From: Promethearchaeia archaeon
GTDB taxonomy: Archaea > Asgardarchaeota > Lokiarchaeia > Sigyniarchaeales > SOKP01
Assembly (NCBI GenBank): GCA_029856045.1
Contig: JAHQWG010000002.1
Span: forward strand, 1-11,431
DNA length: 11,431 nt
Reading direction: 5' to 3'
This document shows, in pieces, positions 7,844-11,431 of this stretch (positions are counted from its first letter, which is position 1; every line of letters begins with the position of its first letter). Under the pieces are notes generated by a model. The model was not told the DNA's origin. It ran no database searches and saw nothing but the letters and a program-made list of their open reading frames with translations. Both the position numbers and the translations under genes were made by a program.

Positions 7844-9058
7844 ATGAATTTGGGAAAATCTAGTCTAAATGATATTGCAAAACTCCGACCCGATTCAATT
7901 AAAAGAGCACGAATATCAAGTTATGATCGAACTGGTGGTAATAAAGATTGGGTAGATATAAACCCTGGAGAAATCTATACTATAGCTCAATTTCAAGGGG
8001 CGGGATGTATTAAGCATATTTGGTGTACAACCGCATGTCTGTTTATAAAATATTCCCCTAGAAATGCAATATTAAGAATGTATTGGGATGGTGAACCAGA
8101 TGATGAACCCAGTGTAGAAGTTCCAATTGGTGATTTTTTTGGTGTGGGTCATGGTAAAAAAAGGAATTTTGTATCATTACCACTTCAAATGTCACCTCAA
8201 GGAGGAAAAGGCTTTAATTGCTGGTGGCCAATGCCTTTTTCAAAAGGGTTTAGAATTACTCTCGAAAATGATAATCCTAAAACTTTTCGAATATACTATT
8301 ATATAGATTATGAAATTTACGAGAACGGATTTGAAAATGAAGATGATTATGGACGATTTCATGCTCAATGGAGACGAGAAAATCCAACAATGGCAAAAAG
8401 AATAAATCCAAAAACTGGTAAAAAATATACGCCATTAAGACCAAGTGAATTCATGTTTGGTGGAAAAAATACAGATCCATTAAAAGAGAACTATGTGATC
8501 CTTGAAGCTAAAGGAAAGGGACATTATTGTGGTTGCCATTTAGACATTGATAACACCACTTTTTTGCCTTATTATTTAAACTGGCCAGGTGAAGGTGATG
8601 ATATGATCTTTATAGATGAGGATGTTAAAAAAGGGACACCTACCTTATATGGAACAGGTACTGAAGATTATGTAAATCAAGCCTTCTGCCCCAGAGAGAA
8701 ACAATCCGCGCCCTATCATGGAACAATTATGCCTGGAGGATTTAATTGGTGGGGTAAAATCTCCTACTATCGTTATCATATAGAAGATCCCGTCTATTTC
8801 AACAAGGAAATTAAGGTAACTATAGAACATGGGCATGATAACCACCGTAGTGATGACTGGTCCTCTACCGCTTATTGGTATCAAAAAGAACCTCATGATC
8901 ATAGTATTTTTCCAAAATTATTAGATCGTGATGGAAGAAAACCACGATCTCATCTTACGCATATATTAAGAAAGACTTCTTGTCTTCTAATTTTGTTCTT
9001 TTTGATTTGGTGGTTTCTTTTTAACGTAAATATTTTGCCATTCTTTCCTTTTCTTTAA
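7844..9058 (+). CDS. Glycoside hydrolase family 172 (DUF2961) protein with a C-terminal hydrophobic anchor
   Basis: Family motifs: SSYDRTGGN.D, GAGCIKHIW, LRMYWDGE..PSVEVPIGDFFG, FNCWWPMPF, RFHAQWRRE, GKGHYCG, GEGDDMIFID (8588), GTGTEDY (8651-8671), YRYHIEDP, IEHGH.N....DWSSTAYWYQ. Both putative catalytic Glu motifs are intact. Confidence 0.93.
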   Translation: MNLGKSSLNDIAKLRPDSIKRARISSYDRTGGNKDWVDINPGEIYTIAQFQGAGCIKHIWCTTACLFIKYSPRNAILRMYWDGEPDDEPSVEVPIGDFFGVGHGKKRNFVSLPLQMSPQGGKGFNCWWPMPFSKGFRITLENDNPKTFRIYYYIDYEIYENGFENEDDYGRFHAQWRRENPTMAKRINPKTGKKYTPLRPSEFMFGGKNTDPLKENYVILEAKGKGHYCGCHLDIDNTTFLPYYLNWPGEGDDMIFIDEDVKKGTPTLYGTGTEDYVNQAFCPREKQSAPYHGTIMPGGFNWWGKISYYRYHIEDPVYFNKEIKVTIEHGHDNHRSDDWSSTAYWYQKEPHDHSIFPKLLDRDGRKPRSHLTHILRKTSCLLILFFLIWWFLFNVNILPFFPFL

Positions 9059-9082
9059 TTTTTTTGACAATATTTTTTTTTT
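9059..9082 (+). terminator. Oligo-T terminator after the GH172 gene
   Basis: T7 and T10 tracts lie immediately downstream of the stop at 9058. Confidence 0.5.
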
Positions 9083-9123
9083 AACAAAATCTCTCGATTA
9101 ATCTAAGCTCTTGCTTACATTAA

Positions 9124-9309
9124 TTTAAAAGTTGTTTAATTTTATCCCTTGTACTTTAAAAAAAAACCCCAAATATTTTACCTGATGAGAAGGAGCAAAA
9201 TATTGAAGAAGAAAAGAAAATTTTAACAGAAATTCCGAAATAAAATGAAGATGAGGTTAAAAAAGTTAATGTTAATTTAGATACCGATGAGTCTGAAGAA
9301 AAAGAGTAA
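9124..9309 (+). pseudogene. Decayed 3' gene remnant with an acidic tail
   Basis: One frame reads FKSCLILSLVL*KKTPNILPDEKEQNIEEEKKILTEIPK*NEDEVKKVNVNLDTDESEEKE*, with in-frame TAA at 9157 and 9241 and no start codon. The purine-rich, codon-like composition differs from the other intergenic DNA. Confidence 0.5.
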
Positions 9310-9431
9310 ATAATAATAAATCCCTATGAAATTAACGAGATCTCGGAATTTTGATCTAAAAAGTATACAATAAATTTTTTTTAATTAGAAAGGCATAATC
9401 GTTAAATATTTGATCATTCTAGAAAATATTT

Positions 9432-9863
9432 ATGAAACTTGTTAGTAATGATTTTGAAAATAATGGAATAATTGATAGTAGATTTACCTGCGATGGTAAG
9501 GATATATCTCCACATTTAAAGTGGGAGGAAGTACCTAGCGGCACAAAAAGTTTTGCTCTTTCTTGTAATGATCCTGATGCTCCAATAGGAGATTGGATAC
9601 ATTGGTATGTTCATACAATTCCTTCTGATGTGAATGAAATTACACAAGGCGGTCCAGTCCCAGGAATTGAAGTTAAGAATGATTTTGGAAAAACATCTTA
9701 TGGTGGTCCTTGCCCTCCAAGCGGAACACATAAATATTTTTTTAGAGTTTACGCTCTTGATGTGGAAAAACTAGAAGGTGTAAAGAAAAAAAATTTTAGA
9801 GAAAAGGTAAAAGAACATACTATTGAATCGGCAGAGCTTATTGGATTATATAAAAGAAGATAA
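9432..9863 (+). CDS. YbhB/YbcL family PEBP (Raf kinase inhibitor-like) protein
   Basis: FTCDGKDISPHLKW, P.GTKSFAL...DPDAP...WIHW, NDFG...YGGPCPPSGTHKYFFRVYALD are the family signature motifs. Confidence 0.95.
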   Translation: MKLVSNDFENNGIIDSRFTCDGKDISPHLKWEEVPSGTKSFALSCNDPDAPIGDWIHWYVHTIPSDVNEITQGGPVPGIEVKNDFGKTSYGGPCPPSGTHKYFFRVYALDVEKLEGVKKKNFREKVKEHTIESAELIGLYKRR

Positions 9864-9915
9864 TAGAAAGAATAATTTAATATTTTTATATGCTTTCTTT
9901 ATATAGATAATACAT

Positions 9916-10551
9916 ATGGTAAAAAAAGAGCGCCCAAAATTTCCTGATTCTTATATCGGGGATCAAGCAATAGAGTATGATACATCTAAATGGATGGAGA
10001 GAAATCAAAGAATTACTACGAATAGATGTTTAGAATTATTATTTGATTCTAACTTAGGTGTCTTCCCAGATTTTAATAATAATGAATTATTACTATTAGA
10101 TTTAGGCTGTGGAACTGGTTTCTCGACAGAAATCTTACTTGAAGAGGGATTCAATGTTATTAGTATTGATATTCTATCAGATATGATATATTTACTTCAT
10201 AAAAAAAAACTTGAAAATTTTAACTTGATCTTAGCCGATATTCGAAATTTACCGATAAGAGAAAATAAAATTGATCATATTATTTCTGTCTCTTCTTTTA
10301 ACTTTATTTATGAAGATATTTTAGATAATAATGAAAAAAATAAGATTTTACAACAAACTGTTAAAATTTTTAAAGAAGTTTTAAATAATAATGGAAGAGT
10401 AATTTTAGAATTTTATCCAGAAACAGAGGTTGATATTAAATTACTTATGAAATATTTCAAATTAGCAGATTTTAATGGCTTTCTAGTCCAAGATAATCCA
10501 GGTTTACGTAAAGAACAGAATTTTTTAATTTTAGAAAAAGAGGAAAATTAA
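9916..10551 (+). CDS. Class I SAM-dependent methyltransferase, Bud23/WBSCR22-like (putative SSU rRNA m7G methyltransferase)
   Basis: Motif I is LLDLGCGTG, followed by IDI and DHIISVSS. Bud23-type flanks are present: RP...P..Y....A..Y........Q...T.R.LELL at the N-terminus and G....EFYP...........A.F.G.LV.D.P...K...FL.L at the C-terminus. Confidence 0.85.
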   Translation: MVKKERPKFPDSYIGDQAIEYDTSKWMERNQRITTNRCLELLFDSNLGVFPDFNNNELLLLDLGCGTGFSTEILLEEGFNVISIDILSDMIYLLHKKKLENFNLILADIRNLPIRENKIDHIISVSSFNFIYEDILDNNEKNKILQQTVKIFKEVLNNNGRVILEFYPETEVDIKLLMKYFKLADFNGFLVQDNPGLRKEQNFLILEKEEN

Positions 10552-10577
10552 TTACAATTAAATGGAGTAAGAATCTT

Positions 10578-11431
10578 TTGGGAACATGTAAATTTTGTGG
10601 AAAAACGGATACGCTGATATCAGATGTATTAGAAATATGCAGAGATTGCATTTTAAATAAAGAGAGAAAAAAAGTAGAGGATCATGTATTACAAGTTCAT
10701 AAACAAATTAGAAAAACAGAGGGTTTACCTGAAATAGCCCCAAATATTGATGATTTCAATAAAAAATTTTCCTGTAATTTATGTATAAATGAATGTTCTC
10801 TAGAGGAAGGGGATATTAGTTATTGTGGTTTAAGAATGATTAAAATAAATAAATCTAAAGAGATTCCTATACCTTCAAGAGCCTTATCATATATGCATGG
10901 ATATTTAGATATGAATCCAACCAATTGTTGTAATGCATGGTTTTGTCCAGCTGGAACGGCTAGCGGCTATCCAAAATATTCAGATTTTCCAGGTCCAGAG
11001 ATTGGAACATATAGTTATGCTGCGTTTATGTATGGATGCTCTTTCGATTGCTTATTTTGTCAAAATGCGTCTCATAAACACTTTTCTAAAAATAATATTA
11101 AAAGAATTGATGATTATGTGAATGAATTCATTAAAAATAAAAAAATTTCATGTGTATGCTACTTTGGAGGAACTCCAGAATGCCAATTTCTATTTACAAT
11201 TGCTGCCTCAGAAAAAATTTTAGAAAAATTGAAACAAACAGATCCCAAAAGAAAAATGCGCATATGTTGGGAATGGAATGGGAGTGGAAATCCAAAACAG
11301 GTTGAGAAATGCATGCAAATTGCACTTAGAAGTGGTGGGAATATAAAATTTGATTTAAAGAGTTATCATGAAACTTTAAATCTAGCACTTTGTGGCGTAT
11401 CCAATAAACGCACTTATGAAAATTTCAAATT
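10578..11431 (+). CDS. Radical SAM protein (PflA/AmmeMemoRadiSam-related archaeal type) with N-terminal Cys-rich domains; 3'-truncated by the window
   Basis: This gene is absent from the ORF track. The frame is open from TTG 10578 (MGTCKFCGK...CRDC...CNLCINEC...YCGLR...PTNCCNAWFCPAG) to the window end. It carries the CxxxCxxC motif CSFDCLFCQN at 11037-11066, then YFGGTPE, WEWNG and IKFDLKS. GGAG at 10564-10567 may be a ribosome-binding site. Confidence 0.92.
   Translation, partial: MGTCKFCGKTDTLISDVLEICRDCILNKERKKVEDHVLQVHKQIRKTEGLPEIAPNIDDFNKKFSCNLCINECSLEEGDISYCGLRMIKINKSKEIPIPSRALSYMHGYLDMNPTNCCNAWFCPAGTASGYPKYSDFPGPEIGTYSYAAFMYGCSFDCLFCQNASHKHFSKNNIKRIDDYVNEFIKNKKISCVCYFGGTPECQFLFTIAASEKILEKLKQTDPKRKMRICWEWNGSGNPKQVEKCMQIALRSGGNIKFDLKSYHETLNLALCGVSNKRTYENFK

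Noticed and set aside
9182-9296. Box C-like TGATGA and box D CTGA, suggesting a C/D guide RNA
   Set aside because: The spacing (~110 nt) is too long for a typical archaeal C/D sRNA, there is no terminal stem, and the motifs are explained by Asp/Glu codons of the gene relic.
8645-9731. ORFs 8645..8902 (-) and 9516..9731 (-)
   Set aside because: They are antisense shadows of the GH172 and YbhB/YbcL genes.
10933-11121. ORF 10933..11121 (+)
   Set aside because: It lies out of frame inside the radical SAM gene that starts at ~10578.

Overview
This is an AT-rich, gene-dense archaeal window with no mobile elements, CRISPR arrays or RNA genes that I can support. The gene content points to an Asgard archaeon, probably Lokiarchaeia/Promethearchaeota (inference): a membrane-anchored longin-domain protein, a stand-alone RING finger, a Bud23-like methyltransferase and mtd. 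In order, it contains: (1) the 5'-truncated end of a large surface protein with TM + longin-like + two winged-helix domains; (2) a 4-TM membrane protein; (3) a 71-aa C4C4 (NOT4-type spacing) RING finger protein; (4) mtd; (5-6) two small 2-TM proteins; (7) a 1125-aa heparinase II/III-like lyase; (8) a divergently transcribed GH172/DUF2961 glycosidase with a C-terminal membrane anchor; (9) a short decayed gene remnant; (10) a YbhB/YbcL (PEBP) protein; (11) a Bud23/WBSCR22-like rRNA methyltransferase; (12) a 3'-truncated Cys-rich radical SAM gene missed by the ORF track. The lyase appears circularly permuted, membrane-anchored at both new ends and fused to a 5-TM domain. The best candidate for an undescribed system is the divergent pair of permuted lyase and tail-anchored GH172. 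All family assignments come from motif recognition by eye; no searches were run.
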